A DNA stretch of 64,000 nt from positions 8,262,422-8,326,421 of the forward strand of contig NC_092678.1 of NCBI RefSeq assembly GCF_964355755.1. Reading direction: 5' to 3'. The DNA comes from Antedon mediterranea. Lineage: Eukaryota; Animalia; Echinodermata. Below the pieces are notes generated by a model. It did no database searches. It was not told the DNA's origin and worked only from the letters and a program-made list of their open reading frames with translations. The first letter of the stretch is position 1. Each line of letters opens with the position of its first letter. The position numbers and the translations under genes are program-made. Shown piece after piece: positions 1 through 12,388 of this stretch.

Positions 1-80
1 TGACAGCTGTGTACGTCGCGTGGAAATATATACGCCTGAGAAAGCTCGGAACCAACTAAAATAAATAAATATTCACTACA
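1..80 (+). repeat. 3' end of the 5' LTR
   Basis: Ends in ...TCACTACA, followed directly by the PBS; matches 5623-5698. Confidence 0.93.
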
Positions 81-94
81 TGGTGGCAGCGGTG
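81..94 (+). promoter_or_regulatory. Primer-binding site, probably tRNA-Leu
   Basis: TGGTGGCAGCGGTG directly after the LTR, complementary to the ...CACCGCTGCCA-CCA 3' end of eukaryotic tRNA-Leu. Confidence 0.8.
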
Positions 95-614
95 AAAATT
101 TTTGTTTACATGATTTAAGTATCAAGAAGAAGAAGAAGTGACAGTGCCTACTCTACGGGCCTGTTAAATCAGTAACCAAAAAGTTAAATGGTTACGAAGA
201 TCTGGATTCCTGACAGTTTTTATACCGTGCGTTGTTTGGATATTACAACGAAGAAGAAGTACTGTTGAGCTCAAGACTGCTGGATATTCATCGGAGAGAT
301 ATATATTCACCGAGATCTGAAAGAAGAAGACTGAAGTAACAGAAGGAAGCCCAGTAAATTTTGAGAAGATTTGCAAAGCTGACTTTGTAAACTATTTTTA
401 TTTCAAAAGTAAATTTTTGTACGGAGCGAACTTGGAACGTTGTTTGTGACTTTGAAGTAAATTAATGTCTTAGATTGTATTGCATTTAAAAATTTATGTG
501 GATTTCATATTTTTACATATCTGAATGGAATCAAGTTAATACAATTACAAATACTTTTATAATATATTTTGTATACATAAGTTTACATATTTCATTAATA
601 AAATTGTTATTAGC

Positions 615-3600
615 ATGACAACTTTAAGATCGGGTAAAAATATAGATAAGACTATGTCAGAAAAAGATACTAGGGAAGAAATGGTTGACCAAGAAGAGGT
701 TGACCAAGTCAATGAAATGTATGATAACATGGCTAGGGATATTGATTTGCCCGAAATACCCGGCGGTATGCCTAAAGATATGATGCTCGAATATTTTCGA
801 ATGAAGTTCGAGGCCGAGGCCGAAAACAAAAAGTTAGAATTACAATACCAACAAGACCAATTAAGATTAGAAGCAGATATAGAGCAAAGAAAAATTGAAA
901 ATGATGGAATTAGAAAATAGGTCTAGCTACAGTAATGCTAGGAATATAGTAGATGAAATGAAGGTAAAGGTTCCTACTTTGAAGGAATCAGATGATATTG
1001 ATATATATTTTAGAACATTTGAACACTTGGCAGAAGCCACAGGTTGGGATAAGAATACGTGGTCCGCTAGGTTAGCACCTGAACTGTCTGGTAAAGCTAG
1101 GACAGCATATGCATCCTTAACCGTAAAAGAATGTGTAGATTATGATACCTTAAAGAAGGCAATCTTAGAAAAGTATGATGTGTCCGCAGAGACCTACAGA
1201 TTTAAATTTAGAAATTCAAACAGAGTTAAAGATATGTCCATCAGGGAATGGCTGAATGAGCTCCCATTATTTAAAATGTTGGATGAAATGTGCTAATGTA
1301 AAAGAAGATGATGCTGCAGGCATTATTGAAATGATTATAATGGAACAGGCACTTGATAAAATGCCTGAAGATCTGAGGCTTTATCTTAGAGATAAACAAG
1401 TAAATAAGAGCTATGATATGGCTATGATAGCCGATGATTATATAGCTAATAGAGGTGGCCGTGGCTATTGGAATGCCGTAAATTCTGAAAATAAGCCTAC
1501 GTATTATAAGGGCCAAGAAAATAGTAAACCTAAGAATAGTACGACTCAGAATAACCCTGGAGCTAGGCAGCAAGGATACAATAGGTATCGCGGAAGGGAA
1601 GGCAAATTCCATATCTATGGTAGAAATTTCAAACAGAGAGAACCTTCAAATGAATGGATTAATGGCCTATGCTTTAATTGTAAGGAGAAGGGACATAAAA
1701 TAGGGGATTGTCCTAAGATGGTAGCAAAAGGAAAGACTAGTGACACTAAGAAGGGCCCGAATGTGAAAGATGGTTTAAGATGTGAAGAAATAAAATCAGA
1801 TAGACCCCAAGTAGTTATGGATAGTGTAGAAAATAAAATGGAGAAGTGTACATTAACAGGAAAATTAGAAGGACAGGATATAACTATGCTAAGAGACTCG
1901 GGATGTACCCAGTCAGCTGTTAAGGAAAGTCTAGTGCCTAACAAATGTTACTTGCCAGGAAAATGGGTTACGTTAAGAGGTATAGGAGGCGATATTACCG
2001 TCCCCTTAGCTAAGGTAGCTATAGAAAGTAAGATAGTGACAGGAAAAGTGATTGTAGCCGTAATCGAAGGATTACAGAGGGACATGTTATTTTTGGGTCA
2101 TGATTTGGACAAGAATTGTGGGGAAACAATGGCTAAAGAAATGTTCGTCCTAACTAGGGAGCAAGCCAGAATAGAAAATGATGTTAGAATACAAGACGAA
2201 ATGATATTGTTAGGGAAAGATAGTAACTTTAAGCCGATAGAAGAGCCGCCTAAAGAAACTAATGTACAATTGTTGAAAACAGTAGTAAATGACAACAAAG
2301 TAAATAAAACTAAGTGTTTAGATGATATGAATGAAACAGAAATGAATAATTTGTTTGACGAAAATGAGGATAAAGCTAAAGATAAAACAGTCAAACATAA
2401 AACTTATGAACAACAGCACAAGCTGAACCTAACTAAACAAGAACTGATCAAATTGCAAACTAAGGATGACTCACTCAAAGGAGTGTTTGACAGGGTAGTC
2501 CCTATAGAAGAAATAGGTCAGCATAGGGTATGTTTCTTTATGAGACAAGGTATATTGATGAGAAATTGGAGTAGTATTAAAGATAAGAATAACCAAGTGG
2601 AACAGATTGTATTACCCACTCAGTGTAGACAGGGTGTATTACACTTAGGTCATAATGTGCCATTTGCAGGTCACATGGGTGTTGAGAAAACTAAAAGTAG
2701 GATCCTGAACCAATTCTATTGGCCAGGTATATTTAAAGATGTGGTAGTCTATTGTAAAGTCTGTAAGGAATGCCAAAAGGTAGATAAGGGTAAAAGTAAA
2801 AGGAAACATACTTTGATACCATTACCGATTATAAGTACACCATTTAAACGTATAGCGATATACATTGTTGGACCCTTATCTAGAACAAGCCGTAATAACA
2901 AATATATGCTTACTATAATTGTCTATGCTACGAGATATCCGGATGCTATCCCGTTACCCAATGTTAGAGCTGAAACAGTAGCCAGGGCTCTAATAGAAGT
3001 CTTTACTAGAGTAGGATTACCCGAAGAGATTGTACATGATCAAGGAACTAATTTCATGTCTTCAATTATGCAATCTATATGTAGTATGTTGGGGATTAAT
3101 CAAAGACTACAGTGTACCACCCCCAAAGCAATGGGCTTGTTGAAAGATTTCACGGTACATTGAAAAATATGATAAGGACACTTAAATTGGGATAACTACA
3201 TACCCCCCTTTCTGTTTGCATACAGAGAAGTTCCTAGTAAAGCGACGGGCCATTCACCTTTTAAATTGCTTTATGGTAGAGAGGTGAGGGGACCCTTGAG
3301 TTTACTCAAAAGTAATTGGGTAGAAGATGAAGAAACATCTACTGATGTTATCAAATACATGTTAGACATAAGAGAAAAAATGGAGGAATTAATGAAAGAT
3401 GCTAATGTAAACAAACTTGAACAACAAGAAATTATGTCCCACAATTATAACAAGAATGCTATTGATAGAGAATTTGTAGAAGGGGACAAAGTGTTGATAT
3501 TCCTTCCAGTAGGAAATAGTAAGTTAGACAGTAAATGGCAAGGCCCCTTCACTGTTACAAAAAAGGTCAATGATGTAAATTATGAAATATAAATAGGAGG

Positions 3601-5199
3601 TAGAAGAAAAGAAAAACAAATTCTACATGTTAATATGTTAAAGAGATGGTATGATAAAGTAGAAATAAGTAAAGATGGTTATTATGTAGTAACAAATGTT
3701 CTGTCGATAGAAGAAGTAGACTTAAATGAAACAGTCCATGACAATGAGTTAGATAGTGAAATAGACATAGGATTGTCTTATCATCAATCACAAACATGGA
3801 GAGATGTTAACGTTAGTAGTAATTTAAATGATACACAAACTAAACAATTAACAGAATTGTTAAAGTACCAACAGAATGTATTCTCGGATGTACCAGGTAG
3901 AACTCACTTGGTGACACATGAAATTAAGACTAATGGTGAAATGCCTATAAGGCATAGGGCATATAGAACGCCCCAAGCATTAAAGGGTAAATTGAAAGAG
4001 GAATTAGATAGTATGTTGGCTATGGGTATAATAGAACCTACAGTTAGTGCCTATGCTGCACCTATTATTGCCCTGAAGAAAGGCCAGAATCAAATTAGAA
4101 TGGTGACAGATTTTAGATCACTAAATAAGACTACACAATTTGACCCTTATGTTATGCCTCGCATAGACGAAATGTTGGATGAGGTATCATCCGCAATATA
4201 CATAACTACGTTAGATCTAACTAAAGGATTTTACCAGGTGCCTCTGGATCCTAAGACCAAAGACAAATCAGCATTTATTACACAATTTGGACAGTATTGT
4301 TACAATGTACTTCCATTTGGTATGCAAAATAGCTCTAGTACTTTCCAAAGATTAATGGATAAGGTATTACAAGGTACTGAGGGATATGCTAAGGCATATA
4401 TAGATGACATATGTATTTATAGTCAAACTTGGAAAGATCATATTTTTCATTTGAATGATGTATTAGAAAGATTAAGTAGTGCTGGATTGACAGCAAAGCC
4501 TTTGAAATGTAAAATTGCCTATGCACAGGTAGAATTTCTGGGGCATAAGATTGGTAATGGAGAAATTAGACCCATGATTGATAAGGTTGAGGCTGTGGAA
4601 AAGTTCCCCAGACCTTTGTCTAAGAAACAAGTCCGATCATTTCTCGGATTACCTGGCTATTACAGAAAATTTGTACAGAACTATGCCGATATTGCTAAGC
4701 CATTGATTGATTTAACTTTAAAGAGTAAAAGTAATACCGTTAAGTGGAATGAACAATGTGAAAATGCCTTTGTAACTTTAAAGAAACGACTTACTGTGAT
4801 AATGTATTAAAAGCCCCAAATTTTGATAAGATGTTTATATTGCAAACCGATGCCTCAAATTATGGCATAGGTGCAGTGCTGAGCCAAATAGATGGTGAGG
4901 GTAATGATTATCCCATTGTGTACTTAAGTAGAAAGTTATCTGTACATGAGCAGAGATATTCTGTGCCAGAAAAAGAGTGCCTCTCTATTGTTTGGGCTAT
5001 CAATAAACTTAAGTATTATCTGTATGGTTGTGAATTTCAAGTTCATACTGACCACCAGGCATTGAGATGGATGGACTCAATGAAGGGTGCCAATGTTAGA
5101 CTTATGAGATGGGCTCTGTTTTTACAAGGATATAAATTTAAAGTTATTTACAAGAAAGGATCATTAAATGGAAATGCAGATGGATTAAGCCGTGCATAA
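615..5199 (+). pseudogene. Disrupted gag-pol polyprotein (SCAN-like capsid, CCHC knuckle, aspartic protease, integrase, RT, RNase H)
   Basis: Six ORF pieces split by frameshifts or stops (615-920, 895-1296, 1256-3163, 3266-3592, 3635-4810, 4831-5199). Motifs: CFNCKEKGHKIGDC, LRDSGC, HNVPFAGH..CKVC, DQGTNF, LPFGM..YIDD, QTDAS..EKE..TDH. The first integrase catalytic Asp appears mutated (RIAIYIVGP). Confidence 0.93.
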
Positions 5200-5300
5200 T
5201 AATATTATAGAGGTGTTATTTGTAGATAGTTTATAGTAAAATGGTTTTATATGTTAAATTTTTGGAAAGATTGACACAATCTTTTTTCCAAAAAGGGGAA

Positions 5301-5698
5301 TGTCATATTATTTATGTTGTGATTTTCTGTGTTTAGAGAAGGATGCTTTAGACCAGGTCCGCCTTATATTATTAGCCAATCAAAATCGTATAATTTTTGG
5401 AGGGAAAATGTTATCCTCCTCTGAAGCCTAAAATTTGCATATCCAGTATAAAAGTAGAATGTAATAGATATTAGAGGAGAAGAGAGATTAAGATCAGAGT
5501 AGATAAACGGAAAGATGATAAAGAAAATAAGGCTTGACTGGTAGTAAGATGTATTAATCGAGTTACAAGGAATAAAAGTTCTAGTTGAGTTAAATATACT
5601 TTTTGTATGAGTTATCATTCAGTGACAGCTGTGTACGTCGCGTGGAAATATATACGCCTGAGAAAGCTCGGAACCAACTAAAATAAATATTCACTACA
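5301..5698 (+). repeat. 3' LTR (398 bp, TG...CA)
   Basis: Starts TGTCA after the polypurine tract AAAAAGGGGAA (5290-5300). Contains TATAAAA and AATAAA. Ends ACTACA. Confidence 0.92.
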
Positions 5699-5739
5699 GT
5701 ACAATTAACCAGATAATTATATTTAAAATTCATGCCTGT

Positions 5740-6212
5740 ACCTGAGCTTTATGAAGGTCTGGCATGACCTTTCTATAGAAATTCTAGAGGTTGAAGGGTA
5801 GATTGTATGATATTAAACACAAAAAATATATTTGTAAAACCGTAATAAAATTGAATAAGAGGTGTGCCGTTGTAGAAGGGAATGGAACTGTAAGAGCTCT
5901 GACATGACTTACAACCTGGTGGTTTGTCAGTTTATGACTTTTTGGGTGGGTTGAAATTAACGTGAAGGGGGATATTTTAGGGCAGCTGACATGACCTTTC
6001 CGATCTCATTTTTTTTTTTTCCGGCCTGACTTTGTCAGTGTTATGTCCTCACACACTTCTATGTGTGTACCAAGTTTGGTCCATGGGTAAATAAACCGGT
6101 TTTTAAGAGGGTCTGAAGACTAGACCCGACCCCGGGGTCAGACGGACAAACTTGTTTGTCTTTATTAAAAACATTAATGGTTCAAACCTCCTGCGTGGAA
6201 AGCGGTGAAATC
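5740..6212. mobile_element. Probable non-autonomous Helentron/Helitron-like repeat in the NLR-1 intron
   Basis: CATGACCTT repeats, GTGTACCAAGTTTGGT and GACGGACAAAC motifs typical of such elements. Absent from the paralogous intron near 29900. Confidence 0.4.
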
Positions 6213-6400
6213 ATATTTTACCGACTCGCAGACTATAAATTGTATGGCTATTGGGTTTTTTTTAATTATTGGGTTTACATATTCTGTTTCTTAATTTGGA
6301 GGAAGCCTATACTTGCTTCTCATTTTATATATTTTAATCGATGTGTGGCACAATCAACCTGTTTTTTTATAAACTGATTTGATAACTATTTTGATTTCAG

Positions 6401-9348
6401 ATGAAATGTTTAAAAGCTTATTAACAGACCAGAAAAACATATTCAAAGAACCGAAAATGAGACCACCAACATGGAGATCAGATACGGAAATACCTTATGA
6501 TATTTCACAGATGTTTACCGATCCATTACTATATACTACTGAAATAAGGGAAGCAAGAAAAAAACTCACATCACTCCAACAATTAATGGACATTTTAAAG
6601 TCCAAAGATTCATGTAAAGTATTGATTACAGGTAATGGGGGAATTGGTAAGACAACGTTACTTAAATATTTATCTTATACCTGGGCAACCGATGCTGATG
6701 CCACGTTTGCTGGTAAAATACTATTTCTTGTAGACGTAAGAGACATCGAGGCAGGGCAAACAATCACAGATATAATAGTTGGTATAATTAAACGGGGAAA
6801 GTTTTATAAACACCAAGATCCTCATAAAAATACAATAGCTATAAATACATTTATAGAAAAATACAATAGAGATTTTGTTATTTTGATTGATGGATTAGAT
6901 GAGTTGAAACCTGGGGTAGATAATTTAATGTTTCACAATGATGAACTCGAAGACAGCACAGTTATTCTTACTTCACGGCCGGGATTTACATCAACGTTAC
7001 ATAAACATTATGATATACATGTGAAAGTAGAGGGATTCAATACAGAAAGCATAAAGCATTATATCAAAAGATATTTCAAATTTATCGAAAAGCATGAAAT
7101 AGGCCAGTTATTGATTAACCACTTTAAACTTAATTCACCTAATGTTACTATTTGGGGTGGTGAGCATAAACACATATTTGAACTCTTTTCATCACCTCTT
7201 TTGCTACTTAAAATGTGTACTATGTGGCAACACCACCAAGTAATTCCCAATGATTTTCAAGATTTTTTTAAAGAAATTGTTCGTTTGATTTTAAATCAGT
7301 ACATTAACAGAGGTGATAATAGACATAATATTAAAGCGATAGCAGACTTAGACAACATTCCGCCTGAATACAAACAAGCAATTATGATATTAGGAAACAT
7401 TAGTTACATTAGTTTAAAGAAAAATGAACTTTATTTTACTCAGAAAGCATTAGTAAGCTTAGGCAATGGAAGCTTAGTTGACTTACCGCTGAAATTAGGA
7501 TTTGTTTACGAAGATGACTTTACTAGTGTTCAGGATAATTTTGTTGCGACTTACCGATTTCAACTTAGGCTATTGTCAGAGATACTAGCTGGATTTTACT
7601 TGTCTAACAATATTGATACTTTAGATTTCGAAGAATTCGAGAAATTAAGGACGAACGAGTATTTACACATGACAAGAGCACTAACTATTAGTTTTCTAGG
7701 TCCCAATGCAGACACATTATTGAAACACTGGCTGGGGAATAGGGCGTCAAACTATTACTCCCTTTCAAAATATCTTAAATATGTAGGTCAAAAGCACGAA
7801 GGAAAAGTATTGATATCATTGATTGATAATATTTCTCAAGACATGAAAATACATGTTGATCATTTAACAAATTCCTTTAAAACATACTTTAATGGTGATG
7901 ATTCGCACTTATTCCAACTTCTTAAATTGTTTACAGATGAACTTACAAAAGACTCGGATAATGTATTAAATTATATCACATCAAAAATAAATAAATCAAA
8001 TAAAAAGACTTCTGAAAATGTGTGTAGGTTTGTAGCTCACATGTCCATCATATTACAATTATACCTTGATGACCGTGTGCATGCCAATAATGACATGCCG
8101 GCATTGGGTAATGAATATTTGATCAGACTAATTGAAAAGTGGGGGGATACAGCTCTTGACATTCTCTCAAATGAATGGAATCAATACCATTTAGGTAAAG
8201 AAATACGTTATTTTGTGTTTTATGAAGACGACGAATATAGGAAGACTACTGGCTTACAGATGTGCAGATTATTTCAAAACTTTCCTAACTTAGAAGTTCT
8301 TCAAATGAGTCTTTCCTGGTATAATAGTACATTACAAGGTCAACGCATTGATTCAATGATAAATGAATGCAAAAACAGTAAAGCATTTGCTAAATTAAAG
8401 AGATTTAGAATCCCGTTTCAAAATCTTCAATATATCAATGGAGCTTTATTAGGTCACATCATAAAAATTTCTGAAGATTTAGAATATTTGGATTTGTTTA
8501 ATTGTACATTATCAAGCTCTCAAATTGTTGATATGCTTAATGAAGTAAATATAAACATTTTCAAATCAAAAGGATATTTTATCAATTTAGAGCTAAATGA
8601 TCTTTCAAATATTGATAGTGATTCACTTGCAAATGTTATCAATGCGTTAAAAGTATATGATCAAAAAAAATCTGAATTGTCTTGGTTTCGTTATAATTTG
8701 ACCCCCAAACAATTACATAATCTTTTAAAATCACATTGGCGTTACAGATTTAGATGGAATAGACTTGTTTTGGATGATATCGATCTATCATCAATTGACG
8801 GAAGTACATTAGCTAATATATTTATAATATTCCCAGACTTAGTACATCTTTCTATGAATGATTGTAATATAAAAGGTGTCGCAGTTAACGGAATGCTAAA
8901 TGAGTGTTATAAAAACAATATTATTAAAAACGATTTGAATATTCTACAACGAAATATCAGTGATAGCTCATCAATCCTATCATTTATATTGAAGATGAAA
9001 AATAATAACATAACATTAGAAGTTAAAGAGTTTGAACATTATCTAATAACTTGTTATCGACATATATATAGATATATTGAAATACATATTTTTAAAGATG
9101 CCATCATGACATATTTTATAGGGTTGATGATGACTGTTATTTTTCGCCTCCTTTTTGAAAGACAGAGACAAAATCAATATAAAAAAAACAAAAAAAAACG
9201 TTATTCTTCTTATTTTTATTCATTCTTCATTTCTTTATTTTTTTCATTCCTTCTTACTATGATTTTGGCTATTTTTTTACATAACTATATTTCTTTTGCC
9301 ATAATTTTTTTTTTACCTTTAGGTACTTTATATATAAATAGTTTGTAG
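6401..9348 (+). CDS. NLR-like protein 1, terminal exon: NACHT + LRR-like region + 2-3 C-terminal hydrophobic helices; 5' exons probably upstream of the window
   Basis: Acceptor ttgatttcag at 6400 (phase 1). Walker A GNGGIGKTT, Walker B VILIDGLDE, sensor ILTSRP, SPLLL, LRR-like LEYLDLFNCTLS and LVHLSMNDCNI. Hydrophobic tail; AATAAA at ~9355. Confidence 0.9.
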
Positions 9349-9647
9349 AAAGTAAATAAAATGTATAATAACAATAATAATTGGAGACTTATAATATCCA
9401 CCACACACATAAACACAGATTGTTTTTCATCATTAAGGATATCAATTATTTATTGGTTGATTAATTTAGGGTGATTGGTATGTCTGGCACAGGTTAATTT
9501 ATCACTGATAATGTATTAATTGTCTACACTTTTACTGTTATTTGATGATGAAATCAAGTTTTGTTTTATTTACGGATGCATCTCTTGCAGAACAAAATTG
9601 AGAAGTCTTATGCATATTAAATATGTTCGTGTCTTACTATTACTTAA

Positions 9648-9951
9648 AGATGTATTGTCCCCCAAATACATGAAAAATGAAGAATAATTAAATCAGACTT
9701 ATATAATATGTTATTTTGTAGGGAAAAAAAACTTGTAAAATGACAAAATAATGGTTAAATTAAACAAAAAATCCATTGGCTGGCAGTCAATTTGACCATT
9801 TTTTGCTTTAAATTACATTTTTTTTTTCAGGTAAATACATTTTTTTTTCGATCCAATTTTTGGTCAAAGTGGATAACTATTATGTTATATTAAAATGGAA
9901 TTTTCCATAAAACAATTTTAAGAATTATTTTTTCAGAGGGACAATACATCT
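9648..9951. mobile_element. MITE with TTAA target site (Kolobok-like)
   Basis: TTAA-AGATGTATTGTCCC ... GGGACAATACATCT-TTAA terminal inverted repeats. Confidence 0.8.
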
Positions 9952-10291
9952 TTAAAAGTTAACCCTATAAATCTAATTATAATTAAATCTATTATTCCAT
10001 TTCCGAAACAAAAAACAATTATTATTACTACGCTGCTACAAACTAGTTACGTATAGCCAGGATATGCCTGCCAACCTTTTTCATACATAACTTACAGCAA
10101 TATTGTGTGAAAATATTTTGTGTGAAGATGGTTCCAAAAAAAAAATTACAATTGAAGTCTTTTTAAAATAAGGGCGCAAACAGTTGTTCTCAATCAACTT
10201 TTACCTTTGTGCTGAAAATAGACGACTTCACTAGACCCATGCTTTGCTATAGATTTATCAAATTTACTTCTTATTTTGTGGATTACACATT

Positions 10292-10679
10292 TGTCATAAT
10301 ATTATGCTTGTTGGTTTCCTCCTGTGTTTAAAGTATATAAGAATGTTTCATATTAGGTCTTTTGGAGAGACTAATTAGAAGCCCCCTAATTTGCATATGT
10401 ATAAATAGTAACATTATAGATATTAAGGAGAGCAGAGAATAACACTACTAGAAAGACGTATAGAGAAATAAATAAATGTAGCCTAGACCCAGATATTGTA
10501 TTAATTCTTAGAAGAATATTGTGTTACATGGTATAAGAAATAAAGTTATGGCTGTATATACTGTGATTGTGTGTCAGTCATTTGTCCAACTATAATATGT
10601 GTCATAGAAACATTTATGCTTGAGAACGCGCTACGCTCGGCAAACACATGCCAGCCTACCTTGCTGCTTTACTAAAACA
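10292..10679 (+). repeat. Solo LTR of a family related to the 5301-5698 LTR
   Basis: Starts TGTCAT. Shares AATTTGCATAT..GTATAAA, TAGATATTA..GGAGA, AATAAA and C(C/T)TGAGAA..GCTCGG blocks in the same order. No clear TSD. Confidence 0.6.
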
Positions 10680-10717
10680 TTGCTTGTATTGATGTTTATT
10701 TGTGAAAACATTTAACC

Positions 10718-12388
10718 TAGTCTGGGTTCCAGACGGAGTTTTGTAAAAATATAAATATTTTTGCACATATGGCGTTTCATACGTGTATTACTTGAGTTTG
10801 GATACTCCAGACAAAAATCGCGGTCGAAATAAAAACACTTTGACGAGTTAGTTATCCGCACCACGACAAACGCCACGTGCACGTCATACGTTGGAATACG
10901 TTGAATTCTGTCAATTTTGTGTCATATAGTATACATGCAAACACTACAGTATAATCTGCATACATATTACATACAGTGTAGAAAAGGTGAAATTACGGGA
11001 CCCGCCATTTATTCCAATTTTTAACATGGCGACGGTATCAAAATGAAACACTTAGATAGCAATTTCAGAAGGAAATTATCTTAGGAACAACATATTAACG
11101 TGTAGAAGAAATTTGAATACGTAAAATATAGATGCGCACCCTTTTAAATGTGATGAACTATTACGCAAAATATGAAAATACAACTTTTTTTATTCAACTG
11201 GCCATATGATGACGTCACAACATCCGATTGGCAAAATGTTTACATGAATTCGTATCTACAATCCGATAGCTTCCAGAAAACGTTTTAATCATGATTATCA
11301 CTTTTTATTCTGATGAGCTATAACAGATTGAAATTTACTGTAAAGATGAAAATAAGTGACCTACGTTATTTACAATTTTCGACATGATGACGTCATAAAA
11401 ATTAAAATATTTTTAACTCATGCGAAAGATAGTTCATTCACCTAGACAATATCAAAATCGGGGTGACAATAAAAAACGGATAAGTGGAGATGCGCTCTAT
11501 TAAATGTGATGCGCTATGACGAAAGATATAAAAATCCTATATTTTATATTCGCGTGGCCATACGATGACGTTATAATGTCCGATTAGCCATATTAATGCA
11601 TGATTCCATATCTACAACTCATCAACTTCCAGAATATATAATTTAAAAAAAGTTCACCTCGTAGTTTAGAATCTATGAATGTTTAAAAAAAGGCATAATT
11701 TTGACGAATTTTGACAAATTTTTGAACTTTTTCATCAAAAACGCCCGTAAATTATCCAATTGGATGTGCCCGTATGACGTAATTTTAGGTCAAAATTGTT
11801 CAAAAGTTGGTAAAATTACCAGAAAAGGCTGGAAAAACATGAATCACGCAAAAAAAATTTATTTTCAACGCTACGTGCGCACCGTGCGAGTAAAAATATG
11901 CGCGCGCGTGGGAATTTTTGACATGCTCAAAATGACATGAAACGCGTAGAAATTGATTTTTCGCATTTTGAAATTTTAAACGCCCGTGCGCGCGTAACTT
12001 CTTGTGAAACATGCCATTTTTTTTCCACAGTCAGTTAGCGCAAGATATAAATTAAACTTTTGTTAAGTTTCAATTTAAATTGCTATATGGTTTTCGATCT
12101 GTTAAATACGCGAAATTCGTTAAAACGCGCGTAAATCACGTTGCGCATTTCTGACGTCATTCACAATAGGAGGTGCACAATTTCACGTGAATGCCCACAT
12201 GTTGACAAAGTTATAAAATGTTTTGTTTACAAGTTTTTGAGATACGCGAGACACAAAATTAACAGAAAGAAAGAATAATACAGAAAAAAAAAAGATGATT
12301 TCATACAGTTACAAGGAGTTATCCGCTACTAAGCGGATAACTAATAAATTAAAAAAAAGACAATAAATACAGACTTGGGGCAAGTCTA
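10718..12388 (-). mobile_element. Non-autonomous DNA transposon (TAG...CTA ends, 9-bp TSD), split by a nested insertion
   Basis: TSD CATTTAACC at 10709-10717 and 12389-12397. Both halves match the 162-bp copy at 28762-28923. Confidence 0.85.
10840..12345 (+). mobile_element. Helentron/HINE-like non-autonomous element
   Basis: 5' subterminal TAGTTATCCGC (10849) is inverted relative to the 3' hairpin AGTTATCCGC-tactaa-GCGGATAACT (12317-12342). Internal degenerate repeats (ATGATGACGT). Confidence 0.65.

Larger units (their letters stand above)
1..5698 (+). mobile_element. Gmr1-like Ty3/Gypsy LTR retrotransposon, decayed; 5' LTR cut by window edge
   Basis: Bases 1-80 match 5623-5698 (one 4-bp indel). 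PBS follows the 5' LTR and a purine tract precedes the 3' LTR. Internal ORF fragments run gag-CCHC-protease-integrase-RT-RNase H. Confidence 0.95.

Noticed and set aside
6379-6400. TTG start of the 989-aa ORF
   Set aside because: This is a pyrimidine-rich splice acceptor region; the exon starts at 6401.
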